A stretch of 64,000 nt of DNA from Camelus dromedarius (taxonomy: Eukaryota): contig NC_087436.1 in the NCBI RefSeq assembly GCF_036321535.1, positions 80,292,001-80,356,000 of the forward strand. The letters run 5' to 3'. Positions within the stretch are counted from its first letter, which is position 1. Each line of letters begins with the position of its first letter. Below the pieces are notes generated by a model that did not search any database, was not told the DNA's origin, and worked only from the letters and a program-made list of their open reading frames with translations. Position numbers and translations under genes: made by a program. This document shows, one piece after another, positions 12,069 through 23,785 of this stretch.

Positions 12069-12596
12069 TGTATCAGAACAATCCTGACTCCATATTGGAT
12101 CTGTTCCTTTAGCTTTAAGCTTTGTGCTCTGTTGCCCGTGCTTAGTCATGCTGACTCTACACCTTTGTGAAAGAATGTTGCCTATAGCCTGAAACATATA
12201 TAATAACCCTTTCTCAAGGCTCTGCCTCCCAGGCTTGACCTTCAAAGGTCAAGGTTTATTTAGAGACAAAAAGTTGTAAAACAGATCATTGGAGGCTTAC
12301 AGGAACCTGGTGACCAGACCTACATGGATAGCTGCAAGTACAAAGGATTATCACATCTCCTCTGGGGTCTGGCCCACAGCAAGAATTCTGCAACAAACAG
12401 CCACCGCCACCTCCCCTTTTAGTATAAAAGAAGCCTGAATTATAACACGGGTAAGATGATTCTTTGGGACAGTATTCCACCATCTTCTCAGTCTTTTGGA
12501 TTTCCAAATAAAGTCACTATTCCTTGCCCCAACAGCTCATCTTTCAATTTATTGGCCTGTCATGGGGAGAGCAGTGGGAGCTTGGACTCAGTAACA
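12069..12596 (+). mobile_element. MER41-like ERV1 solo LTR
   Basis: TG...CA termini, TATAAAA at ~12423, AATAAA at ~12507, and the 3' end attggcctgtcatggggagagcagtgggagcttggactcagtaaca typical of MER41-type LTRs. No clean TSD seen. Confidence 0.75.
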
Positions 12597-13349
12597 ACTT
12601 ACACGCAGCTGAAAGAGGTGGTAAGGGACTGAACTAAAAGCAAGTATGGATATCTGCATCTTCAAAAGTGAGACTTCCAAATATACTCCCCTCCACCACC
12701 AACCTCCATGTGGCTTCCAGAACATGAGAGAGAAACCCATAGGCAGAAGAGTGGAGAATTTCTCTTGGGGAAAATTGACCAAATCAATAAGAAAAAAAAA
12801 AGAATATTGATATTCAGAGGCCTCCACTTGATCACACAGTGATGGAGACCACCAGTCAGCAAGGCCTACCCTATATGGGGATTCCTGGCAGCTTTTTAGG
12901 GGTGATGTTGCTGGCTACAGAGCTTCAGAGAATGGCTCTCTGGTTGTCCCAGAGATTTATTAAATTGCTCAGTAGTCTTGCACAAATTCTCTTCTGTTTA
13001 AATCATCCAGAGGAAGTTCTGTTCTTCACAATTAAGAATCATGAAAATTACCATGCAATGAGAAATGGAAAGCTACCCAGACAGTAAAATTATGAAGTTC
13101 ATTGATGTGTCCTTATACACAGAGAACTCCAAAGCACATTATTAAACAAAAAAAGAAAAGTCGCAGAATGATGTGTAGTATTCAAAAATAAATAAATAAA
13201 GCATACAAGAAGGGCTCTTGGGTTCACTGAAATATATTAATGTGATAGGGCGCTGAAATATCGCCATATATTGGGAGTCAGATTCTCACTGTGCAAAGTA
13301 CAAAACCGTAGCCAACCTGTGTTTTTTTGGTAATGCTGGCCATTAAGTC

Positions 13350-13495
13350 TTTGGCAAATCTCTTACCCTTACCTTCTCTGAAACTCAGTTTAGAAATATG
13401 CAAAATAATGGCAATATCTGGTGCTATCATTGTAAAAATTAAAAGAGAATGCAGATTATGGTGCCTGGCCAGCAGTAGGCTCTCAGTAAGTGGGA
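13350..13495 (+). mobile_element. MIR fragment
   Basis: ggcaaatctctt...ttctctgaaactcagttt...gtgcctggccagcagtaggctctcagtaa. Confidence 0.5.
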
Positions 13496-14134
13496 CCCGC
13501 TTAGCTAGTGGTGTTCCCCCTCTCGTCTACCACTTAGATAGAAAATCCTAGACCCTGCTTTGGTTTTCATTGTGGGGTGTCTTACAGAAGTGGAGAAAGG
13601 CTGAAAATAGGTGACGAATTGGCTGTCTGTCCTCCATCAAAGCAGAGTGTGGATCATTGGCAGTTATGCTCTGAGCTGAGGAACCTTAGCATTATGAAAA
13701 AAGAAACTTGGCTGGCATCCATTTCCTCCATTTCCCTCATCCCCAAGAAGGTCTGGCAAACACACCAAAGAAATGGACACCCTAACCAGTGGAGGAGGAA
13801 GGCATGGGTGACTGGGAGAGTGAGGAGTCAATAGCTAAGCCATCCAGGCTTGAGGTTGTGAGGCTAAGGGCCGCTTAGGATGAAAATGTTGGGAAAGCAG
13901 CAACTGGCAGGCACCATCAGACTCCCCACAGCCCAGCCCACACGTGTGACACCGCCACATCAAGCCAGCTGTTTGAGAGTCTGCTTCATTGAGAGGCAGA
14001 ATTAGGAGAAAAAACTCTTGTGTAATCCAGGCCTTAAAAGTTGTGCTTAGGAAAATGCTTTATACTATTAAGTGAAGAAAAAAAAAAAAAAAAGACCAAA
14101 ATGCTGTGTATGGAGATGTCTGTGTGTGTGTATA

Positions 14135-14455
14135 CAGTTGTCCCTCAGTATCATCGGAGGATTGATTCCAGTATACTCCATGGATACCAGGATCCACAGG
14201 TGCTGAAGTCCCTTCTATAGGACGATGTAGTGTCTGCATGTAACCTATGTACATCCTCCTGAATCCTTTAAATCATCTTTAGATTACTTATAATACGTAA
14301 TACAATGTAAATGCTGTATAAATAGTTGTCAGGTGTGCAGCAAATTCAAGTTTTGGGTTTTTTTGGAACTTTCTGGAATTTTTCAAAAATATTTTCGATT
14401 TGCGGTTGTTGGAATCTGTGTATGCAAACCCTGCAGATAAGGAGGGCTGCCTATA
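14135..14455 (+). mobile_element. MER2/MER2B-like TcMar-Tigger MITE
   Basis: TA-flanked cagttgtccctcagtatc terminus, internal taacctatgtacatcctcc...taaatcatctttagattacttataatac, and ends gataaggagggctgcc-ta. Confidence 0.8.
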
Positions 14456-15674
14456 TATATAAAGAAGACTAGAAGGGAGTATGTCAAAAGATCAGCAATA
14501 ATTTACAGTTTAAAGCAAGATTTCAGAGAAATCCAAATCCTGGAAAAACAATATAACCATTTTTTATAGGGTAAGAGTTAATAAACAAACTAATCCAAAC
14601 CTTAGAAAATTCGCTTCAATTTTGGCCAAAAAAAAAAAAAAATCAAAGTAATCATCCTAGCAACAATGAAATAAATAAACCTTTGGCTGTTAGTGTTCTT
14701 TTCATCCCATTGCTCAGGAGGCATGCTGATTTGTGGGCTTTGGTTCTTGGTTTAGATTATGATCTTTAAGATTGGTTCTGGGTGTGTCTGAAGAAGCCAG
14801 CAGGGTTGTGAATGCTGGAACTCACAGTCCTACAATTTTTATTTTTGTTTCTCCTTTGCAGGAAAGCTGATACTTCAATTGTTTCCTTTGAATTGCAAGG
14901 CTCAAGTAAAAGAAAACCTTTGCTGATAAATGTATTGAAATAAGCTTGGAGAAGTTAGGGTGTCATTATCTGTTTTTAATGTCCTCCTGGAAAGAGATAC
15001 TGCTTGTGCTTAAGGATATTTCAAAGCAGCGAGTAACCTGCGGCATCGAATAATCTGCGGCATCGTCAGCAGCCTGTGGAAACAGGAATAACATGTTTCA
15101 GTAGTAACAGTCTACTAGCTATAATTAAAATAACCCTCCTTTTTCCTTGCCCAGCTGAGCCAGTGGTATTCAATAGCTGGGATGCCTGGATAAGATTGCT
15201 AATTAGAAGAATAACAAGTCTTAAAAACTAATGTAAATAGAAAGTATTATTTTATAAATTGCATACCAACTCCATGAGGTTTATGGTATTATTTGTTCAG
15301 CTCTATAGATGAGGAAACAGTCTTATGGAAATTAAGTAGCTTGCCTAAAGCCACAATGTCAGAAGTAAAAGGTCCAGAATTACAAATTAGGGCAGCCTGC
15401 CTGGGGACCCCAGGCTCCTGCCCAGCTGATGATATGGCCTTGCCTCAGCCAACCACCCAAAATGGCTTCAGTAGTCAGGTCACCTCTCCTTCCCACCTCT
15501 CTGTCTCCCAGTCCCCTCCCTCCACCGCCTCCACTGCTGACATTGACTTGCCAGGGCAAGTTTAGAACAACTGAAAAGTTTGACTCTCTGAGATCAGATG
15601 GACTGAGGTCAGAAAACATATATTTTCTTTAAAGAATGTATATTTTAGAACAAGACTAAAAAGAAAAAAAAAAT

Positions 15675-15756
15675 TTTTGAAAGAAGTACTGGGGATTGTA
15701 CTAAGGACCTCGCACATGCTAAGCATGTGCTCTGCCATTGAGCTATACCCTACGCC
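15675..15756 (-). mobile_element. Vic-1-like tRNA-derived SINE (short copy)
   Basis: gtactggggattgtactaaggacctcgcacatgctaagcatgtgctctgccattgagctataccc is the reverse complement of a tRNA-like head. It is homologous to 51960-52030. Confidence 0.75.
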
Positions 15757-15831
15757 TGGAAAGATTTTAAATAAGCTAGAGTGAACTTGCTCTTTAAAGC
15801 ATTACCATAAATAAATCATTTCTAAAGCAGT

Positions 15832-15834
<3 letters not shown>

Positions 15835-15872
<38 letters not shown>

Positions 15873-15879
15873 CACATGT
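15835..15879. repeat. (TG)n(CG)n microsatellite, 45-bp alternating purine-pyrimidine tract
   Basis: Read directly from the sequence. Confidence 0.95.
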
Positions 15880-16049
15880 TTATTTGGGCAAATTTAGATT
15901 TCTTGATATTCAGTTTGGGTTGGTACCTAGAATATATTCCTACAAAATACATTCCAGAATTGAGCAATTGGAAAATATAGAATAAAAGTAAGATTTAAGA
16001 ACCATATTGGGTTTATTATGAAATAGAGAACATTTTATTTAAAAAGAGT

Positions 16050-16169
16050 AAGTGGATACTGAGGAACCCAACTGTGTATACGGAGGGCCAACTATAAATT
16101 ATACTTGGATTTTTGACTCAATGGAGGGTGGATGTCCTTAACCCTTGCCTTGTTCAAAGATCAGCTGTA
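16050..16169 (-). mobile_element. Tigger2/MER8-like DNA transposon terminus
   Basis: tatacggagggccaact...ttaacccttgccttgttcaaagatcagctgta matches the recalled Tigger2-type end. Confidence 0.6.
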
Positions 16170-16319
16170 CTTGCCTTTAATTAACCAACGTTGGGTTTTG
16201 CTCATAGTGTGTATATTAAAGGCAATAGCATCTGAGAGTATTGTAAGCTCCACTGGGGCAGAGACCAATGCCTGTTCTTTTCATGGTGAAGACATACATG
16301 TGAGAGTAGGCTTGAACAC

Positions 16320-16540
16320 TAAACCGCCTGAGTTTCATCTTGCCACTGACAGTTCCTAGGAATGTGACCTTGGCCGAGTTATTTAAACTTCTCCTTGCAT
16401 ATCCAGATAGGTGATTTTACAGATCACCCATCTGTAAAATGGACGATTATCAAAGTACTTACTCATGAGTTTTGTGAGGGTTAAAAGACTGACATGTAAA
16501 GTACTTGGAGAAGTGGATGGCGCAAATAGAGATGAGCTAC
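16320..16540 (+). mobile_element. MIR SINE
   Basis: cctgagtttcatcttgccact, tgtgaccttggccgagttatttaa, catctgtaaaatgg and gttttgtgagggttaaa. Confidence 0.65.
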
Positions 16541-16909
16541 CATTTTTCTCCGCTGTATCTCCAACCAGGCTCAGAATAAATGAATGACAAAGAATCAATT
16601 TCTTTCATTCCTATTTTGGATTTGTTAATGGGTATAAATTATATGGCGCCGACATACAGAGGGTACTTTTTACTGACAAAATGTATAAAGATATTAGATC
16701 TATCAGAGTAAAAGAAGTCTAAATTAGGAAAATCACTGTTTTATCCATCTTAATGCAATCACATTTGTTTCCTCTTTTTAACATTCTGGAATGAATAACT
16801 ATTCATATAATTGTAAGTATAATAATAACAATAAATTCAGATTTGTAGTCTATTTTTTAAATTGATTAATATGGTATCAGAATAACATTTTATTTAGTTT
16901 TATGTAACC

Positions 16910-19900
16910 TTTTTCTTAAATTTTTAATTGAAGTATAGTTGATTTACAATATTATAGAAGTTTCAAGTTTACAACATAGTGATTCACAATTCTTAAAGAT
17001 TGTTCTCCTTTTAGAGTTACTATAAATATGACTATATTCCATGTGCTATACAATATACTTATTTATTTTATACATAGTAATTTGTACTTCTTAATCTCCT
17101 ACCCCTATCTTGCTCCTCCTCCTCCCTCTCCCCACTGGTAAGCACTAGTTTGTTCTCTATATCTGTGAGTCTGTTTCGTTTTTGTTATATTCACTAGTTT
17201 GTTTTATTTTGTAGAATCTGCATATAACTGATAACATATAGTATTTATCTTTCTCTGACTTACTTCACTAAGCATAATATCCTATGGGTCCATCCATGTT
17301 GTTGCAAATGGCACAGTTTCAATCCTTTTTATGGCTGAGTAGTATTCCATTGTGCATATGTACCACATCTTTTTCCACTCATCTGTTGATGGAAAGTCAG
17401 CTTGCTTCCATATCTTGCCTATTGCAAATAATGCTGCTTTGAACATTGGGGTTCATATATATTTTCAAGTTAATGTTTTCATTTTCTTCAGATACATACC
17501 CAGAAGTAGAAATGCTGGATTATGTGATAGGTCTATTTTCAGTTTTTTGAGGAGCCTCCATACTGCTTTCCACAGTACCTGCACCAACTTACTTTCTCTA
17601 CATCATCATCAACATTTGTTATTTGTGGTCTTTTTGATGATAGCCATTCTGTCAGGTGTGAAGTGCTATATCATTGTGGTTTTGATTTGCTTTTCTCTGA
17701 TGATTAGTGACATTGAGCATTTTTTCATGTGCCTGCTGGCCATCTGTAAGTCTCCTATGGAAAAATGTCTATTCAGATCTTCTTCTGTGTTTTAATTTTA
17801 TGAGCTATTTTGGATATTAATCTCTTATCAATCATAATATTTGCAAATATTTTTCCCATTCAATAGGTTGTCTTTCATTTTGTTGTCTCCTTTGCTATGT
17901 AAAAACTTTTAAGTTTAATTAGGACCCATTTATTTATTTTTGCTTTTGTTTCCTTTGCCTTAGGAGACAGATTCAAAAAATATGTTGCTGCAATTTATGT
18001 CAAAGAGTGTTCTGCCTATGTTCTCTTCTGGGAGTTTTATGGCTTCCAGTCTTACATTCAGATCTTAAATCCATTTGAGTTGATTTCTGTATATGGTATA
18101 AGAAAATGTTTTAATCTCATTTTTTCACATGGAACTATTCCATTTTCCCAGCACCACTTATTGAGGAGACTGTCTTTTCTCCATTACATATTCTTGCCTC
18201 CTTTCTCGTAGATAAATTGATCATGAGTGTGTGGGTTTATTTCTGGGCTCTCTATTCTGTTCCATTGATCTATGTGTCTGTTTTTGTGCCAGTGCCATAC
18301 TGTTTTGATAACTGTAGTTTTGTAGTATAATCTGAAGTCAGGGAGCATGATACCCCCAGCTCTGTTCTTTTTCCCGAGGTTGTTTTGGCTAGTGAGCGTT
18401 TTCTAGTTTCCATTAAAATTTTTTTAATTATTTGTTCCAGTTCTGTGAAAAATGCCATTGGTATTTTGATAGGGATTGCTTTGAAACTGTAGATTGCCTT
18501 GGTTAGTGTGGTCATTTTAACAGTACTAATTCTTCTAATCCATAAACACTGTATATTTTTTCATTTGTTTGTGTTGTCTTCCAGTGTATTTTTCATTTTA
18601 GTTATTATATTCTTCATCTCTGTTTGGTTCTTCTTTATATTTTCTAACTCTTTATTAAAACTTCTAACTTCTTGCTCTATGTATCCATTCTTCTCTGGAG
18701 TTCTTTGATTATCTTTATGGTCATTATCCTGAACTCTTTCTTGAGTAGACTGCCTCTTTACTTAGTTCCCTTCATTTGGAATATGTTCCTCTGCTGCCTC
18801 AATTTGCCTAACTTACTGTTTTTGTATCTATGTATGTTTTTGTATCTAGAACAGGCCGGATGGTGGATGGGGCTCAACTCCACTCCTCCTACCTGTCCTG
18901 TTGTGGTTCCTTCTTTATATCATTAGCTGTAGATGATATACCTAAAATGGTAGGTTCCAGTCTTTCTCACTGATGATTGTCCTGTCAGTCGGTTACATTT
19001 TCTGGCTGTGGATAAGTGGCCTTTTGTAGGAGGTCCTATGCATCCCAGGAGAATACTCCCCTCTGATCATCAGAGCTATATGCTCTAGGGGTACCCCCTA
19101 TGTCAGGAGTGTGGATCTTACTATTGTGGGGGGCTGACAGCTGTATTTGGTCCAGTAGGCTTGGGTGGCCCCTGGTCTGGTTGGTTGCCAGGACCTGCCT
19201 TGTGTGGAGCCTGCTGACTGATAGTTGGTGGGGCTGGGTCATGAGATAGCTGGCTGCAGAATCCTGGGGGGCCCCAGGGATAGTGCTGGCTCACTGGTGG
19301 ATCAATTTGGGGTCCAAGAGATCCTGGGGCTGGTGCCTGCCCACAAGTGTGTGAAACCAGGTCCTGAGAGTAGTGCCGACCCACTGGTGGGCAGAGCCAG
19401 GACCTGAGGTTTAGTTGCAAGGGCCCAGAGGTCTCAGAGCTGGTGTTGGACCACTCAACAGTGATGGTGCCAGTTCTAGACACAGCTGGGTGTAGGTTCT
19501 AGGGTGTCCTGAAGCTTTATTGGCCTGCTGGTGGGTGGGGCTAGGGCCCAGCTGGCCTGCTGGTTAGCAGGCTAGGTCTTCAGGCTATGGGGTTGTCATT
19601 GCCCTGGGGCAGGTGTCTGCCTGCTGGTAGGTTAGGCTGATCCTAAGGCTAAAACAGGCCGGATGGTGGATGGGGCTTGGCATTTTGGGGCTGATGCCTG
19701 CCCACTGGTAGGTAGAGCTGGGTCACAGGGTCTCTGGCTGCAGGGTCCTTGGGGTCTCAGGTCTAGTGCCTGCACCCTAGTTATGTTGGGCCAGGTCCTG
19801 GACCTTCAGGTCAGGAGGGGAATTTTAAGGCAGCCTCTCTTCTAGTGGGTGGGGCTATGTACCTGCCCAGTTAGCTGCTTGGTGTCCCAGTACTGTGCCT

Positions 19901-20585
19901 ACAGGCTGGTTGGTGGGGGTGGGGGTGGAGCCTGGGTCTCAAGGTCAATAAGCTAAAGGGAAGATTCCAGAATGGTGCTTGTCAGCACCAGTAGCCATGT
20001 GGTAGAACAAGCTCTCAGTAATGGCTTCCTCCAGTGTCTGTGTTACCAGGGTGAGGTCCAGTTGCCTCCTGCCTCTCCCGGAGACTTGCCAAGATTAGCA
20101 GTTGTTCTGATCCAGGCTCTTTTCAAATTACTGCTTCTGCCCTGGGTCCCAAAGCGTGTGAAATTTTGTGTGTGCCCTTTAAGAATGAAGTCTATATTTC
20201 CCCCAGTCCTCTGGGTCTCCTAAAAGTAAGCCCCACTGGCCTTCAAAGCCAAACATTCTAGGGGCTTGTTTTCCCTGTTCAGGATCCCCGGCCTGGGTAT
20301 CCTGATGTGAGGCTCAGACCCCTTGTTCCTAAGGGAGTACCTCGGTGATTGTAATTATTCTCCATACCTTGGGGTATGGGACTTGACTGTACCTCAACTC
20401 CGCTCCTCCTACCTGTCCTGTTGTGGTTCCTTCTTTATATCATTAGCTGTAGATGATATACCTAAAATGAATGGTAGGTTCCAGTCTTTCTCACTGATGA
20501 TTGTTCAAATAGCTGTAATTTTGGTGTGCCCATTAGAGGAGGTGATCTCAGGGTCCTTCTACTCTGTCATCTTGGCTGATCCTTT
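16910..20585 (-). mobile_element. L1 retaining both ends but with a ~3.5-kb internal deletion
   Basis: 3' UTR and ORF2 end at 16910-18580, then a jump to ORF1 start and GC-richer 5' UTR at 18581-20585. The 5' terminus reads GATCAGCCAAGATGACAGAGTAG on the minus strand, an L1 start with a decayed YY1 site. It is collinear with the L1 at 41450-47710. Confidence 0.9.
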
Positions 20586-21149
20586 GCCATCACATTTGTT
20601 TCTGATTAGATATCTTTAATAGTTTTATCAATGAGAAAAAGGGCCTGAAGTTAATAGCGTATATAGAAATTGAAAGTTGGTAACCCAGTAGACAACTAAG
20701 TTACCTCAAGACTTAAACCAGACATTTAAAACTAAATAGTTTTAGAAGCCTTGAAGGGACTTCAAGTAGTTATTGACTTGACTTCAATAAATTTGAAAAT
20801 TGCAGATTTGACCTTAATTTTCAATTAGGTAAATTTAGCTAGTGAATGCTCAAATTCACTCTGAAACCAGATAGCCATGAACCACCTGGATTCCAATTAC
20901 ATTACAAATAAAGTTTCATTCTATGTTGGTTACATCACCATTCTCCTTTGCCTGTGGAATGTGGGTGACCTTGTCTGTAGCATCAGAGTACCCAGGAAGT
21001 ACAGTTTATAAATATCTCCAGGTGAGTTCAACTGGAACAGGATCTCAGAGGCAACATTTTGTACCATTTTTCATTTTGTACCATGAGTTACTGGGTTGGA
21101 TTAATTTGAATTGCCAAGTCTGAAAAGATGATCTGAATTCATAGTCTGG

Positions 21150-21334
21150 TACAGTTGCCAGATAAAATACAGGATGCCTAGTTAAATTTCAATTTCAGAT
21201 AAAGAGCGAATATTTATTTTTAGTATAAAATGTTCTAAATTCTGCATGGGACATACTGATACATATATTTATTTACCTGAAATTCAAATTGAAATGGGCA
21301 TTCTGTACTTTTATTTGCTAAATTGGGCCACCCT
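21150..21334. mobile_element. MER53-like palindromic hAT MITE
   Basis: gttgccagataaaatacaggatgcctagttaaatttcaatttcagataaa ... tttacctgaaattcaaattgaaatgggcattctgtactttt...ggccacccta form long imperfect inverted arms. Confidence 0.75.
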
Positions 21335-21879
21335 ATACCTTCTGCTCATAATAAACACATAAATTTACATTTTAACCACGGCTCCCTTATCCATTCATGG
21401 GTGAAGGGAGGAAAGAATACTAGTGCAAGAAGTGGTGGAAAATATTTAACATGTGTCCTGGTTTTGATCAGAGAGAAAAGAAATGGAGATGGAAAAAATT
21501 AATACACTATTATAATTTTACCACATTGGACAGTAAGCTGTTTTCAACTTGCAACTAAAATCTGCTCAACTGAGACTAGTGGGCCCTTCAGAAACATCAA
21601 GCTCTCTGCAGTGGCTGAGAAGCAGAAAAAGGAGAAAAGGCAGCAGGAGATCATGGGATGGATAAGACATTAGGACTTTTGAAAGGCTGAGCCTGCAAGG
21701 TGAATGCAGGACAAGAAGAGAGAGCACGAGAGCCAGCTGACACCGGTTAAGACAGCATCCTTCTAAGTTTGTCCTGTGGAATATGTTGCAGAATGAGAGA
21801 GGGCTGGATGTCTTTTAACTGCTAAAATGGAATAATGGCCTTTTCTTCCCTTTTAACCTTTTTTTGGTATAAACTCTGG

Positions 21880-22265
21880 AACAGACTGACAGAGGTCAAA
21901 TCCCAGCTCCATTACTTAATAACCATGTGGATTTGGGTGAGTCACATAACACCTCTCTATACTTTATTTGGGGAGAGTAGATCTGGAGAGTGTGTGAAAA
22001 TTCAGTAAGTATATAAAAGGCACGTAACAGAGCCTGGTACACAGTGAGGATTAAATAATTGCATAGAAACTCTGGATTCTCAAATGCATCCTAGAGAGTA
22101 GTGTGTAAGAACTTGGATTTTAGGGTCCTCCCAGTCTTGTTTTGATTACCAACTGTGTGACTCCATTACATAAGCTTTGTAAGCCAGTTTCCTTATTAGT
22201 GAACAGAGATATAACAGCAGTGCTTTGCTCATATGGTTATTGAGAATTTTAATTGAAATAATCAG
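21880..22265 (+). mobile_element. Two adjacent MIR fragments
   Basis: tcaaatcccagctccattactt...cctggtacacagt, then tgtgtgactcc...cagtttccttatt...ggttattgaga. Confidence 0.5.
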
Positions 22266-23268
22266 GCCATTATTAAAGGCTGATCAGTGTTAGCTCTTGT
22301 TGAATGTTTCTCTTGTCTGGCTTTCATAATGCTGCCACATTCCGATTCTCTTCTTACCTTTCTTTGCTTGCTGCTGCCCTGGGTCTTTCCCTTGGTGCTG
22401 CCTCTCGCTCGCTCGGCCTTCTGCACGTACATATTCTTTGAGGGAGGTTTTCCAGCCTCTCTGCTCCAGCCCCCAGGCCCATGTGGCGATTCCTGTCTTT
22501 TATCTTCAATTTTTGTTCCCCCACTTATTACCACAGTCTTAACACAACTCCCACTACCTCAACGTTTTTACCTCTGGTGTTACTATCATCTCACATATGC
22601 ATGTCCAAAATAAAATTCTCAGTTCCCACCCACCGCTAATTTCCACTGGGGTGAGGGAGGAAGTAGCAGTTTTTTCGAATTTCCCTGCCTTTGGCAAACA
22701 TGGTCATTCTCTAGTAGCCTCCAAGGTCAAAACCTCGGAGTCATCTTTGACACATCCATTTCTATCATCCTTTACGTCCAGTCAATCAGCAAAGTACTAA
22801 GCCACCTACCAAATACTTGGAAAAGAAAAGCAAAACTCCCTGAAAATCAAACACAAAACTAACTTAGAAAAACACATCTGATAGGAAAGCAAAATTGGTT
22901 ATTATTTACAATCACCCTCCTGTCCCATATACACACTCTAACCAGCCTTCTCAGGAGGGTGGATATCTGTTGGTAATTGGCATATCCTTTGCTTGTTGTT
23001 CTCAGGATAAAGGTGTCTGCATATTGGTGATAGTATGGGTAGGAAGCACAATTGAGGCAACTGGGACAGAGCTAAACTGTACTGTGGAAAAAGGAGAGGT
23101 GAGGGGGCCAAGGGGGTGATGATTGGGAGGTGGAGGTGCTGCAAGGGAAGGCTAAGGAGACCACGTCGGCAACAAGTGGCTGAAGGTGAACTGCAGGAGA
23201 AAACAGAAGAAGTGCTGACAAACTCTTGTGTCAAGAGTGGGACCTGGGTTGGGTCCTGGCTGTACCAC

Positions 23269-23785
23269 TGTGATGGTTAATTTTGTGTCAGCGTGACTGG
23301 GCTAAGGAATGCCCAGAGAGCTGATAAAACACTATGTCTCAGAGTGTCTGTGAGGGTGTTTCCAGAAGAGATTAGCATTTGAATCTGTAGACTGAGTGAA
23401 GAAGATGGCCCTGACCAGTGTGGGTGGGCATCACCCAACTCTTTGAGGGCCTAACCAGACACAGTGGTGGAGGATGAGTGCATTTGCTGTCTTGCTTGAG
23501 CTCAGACATCCATCTTCTCCTGCCCTTGGACATCTATGCTCCCGGTTCTTGGGCCTTCAGACAAAGATGAGGGTTTATACCATTGACTCCCCTGGTTCTC
23601 AGGTCTTTGGGTTTGAACTGGAACTACATTACTCAGCTTCCCTTGGCTTCCAGCATGCAGACAGCAGATAGACAGAAGGACGTCTCAACCTCCATGATCA
23701 CATGAGCCAATCCTTTATAACAAATCTCTTTCTAGAGACTTATAGCTGATTGGCTCTGTTACTCTGGAGAACTTTGACAAACACA
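23269..23785 (+). mobile_element. MLT2-family (ERVL) solo LTR
   Basis: Begins tgtgatggttaattttgtgtca, contains gtgtctgtgagggtgtttccagaagagattagcatttgaatc, and ends ttggctctgttactctggagaactttgacaaacaca. Confidence 0.85.

Noticed and set aside
15675..15756. tRNA-like sequence here and at 51960-52030
   Set aside because: The cloverleaf is degenerate, and the second copy has an A-rich tail and TSD. These are SINEs, not tRNA genes.
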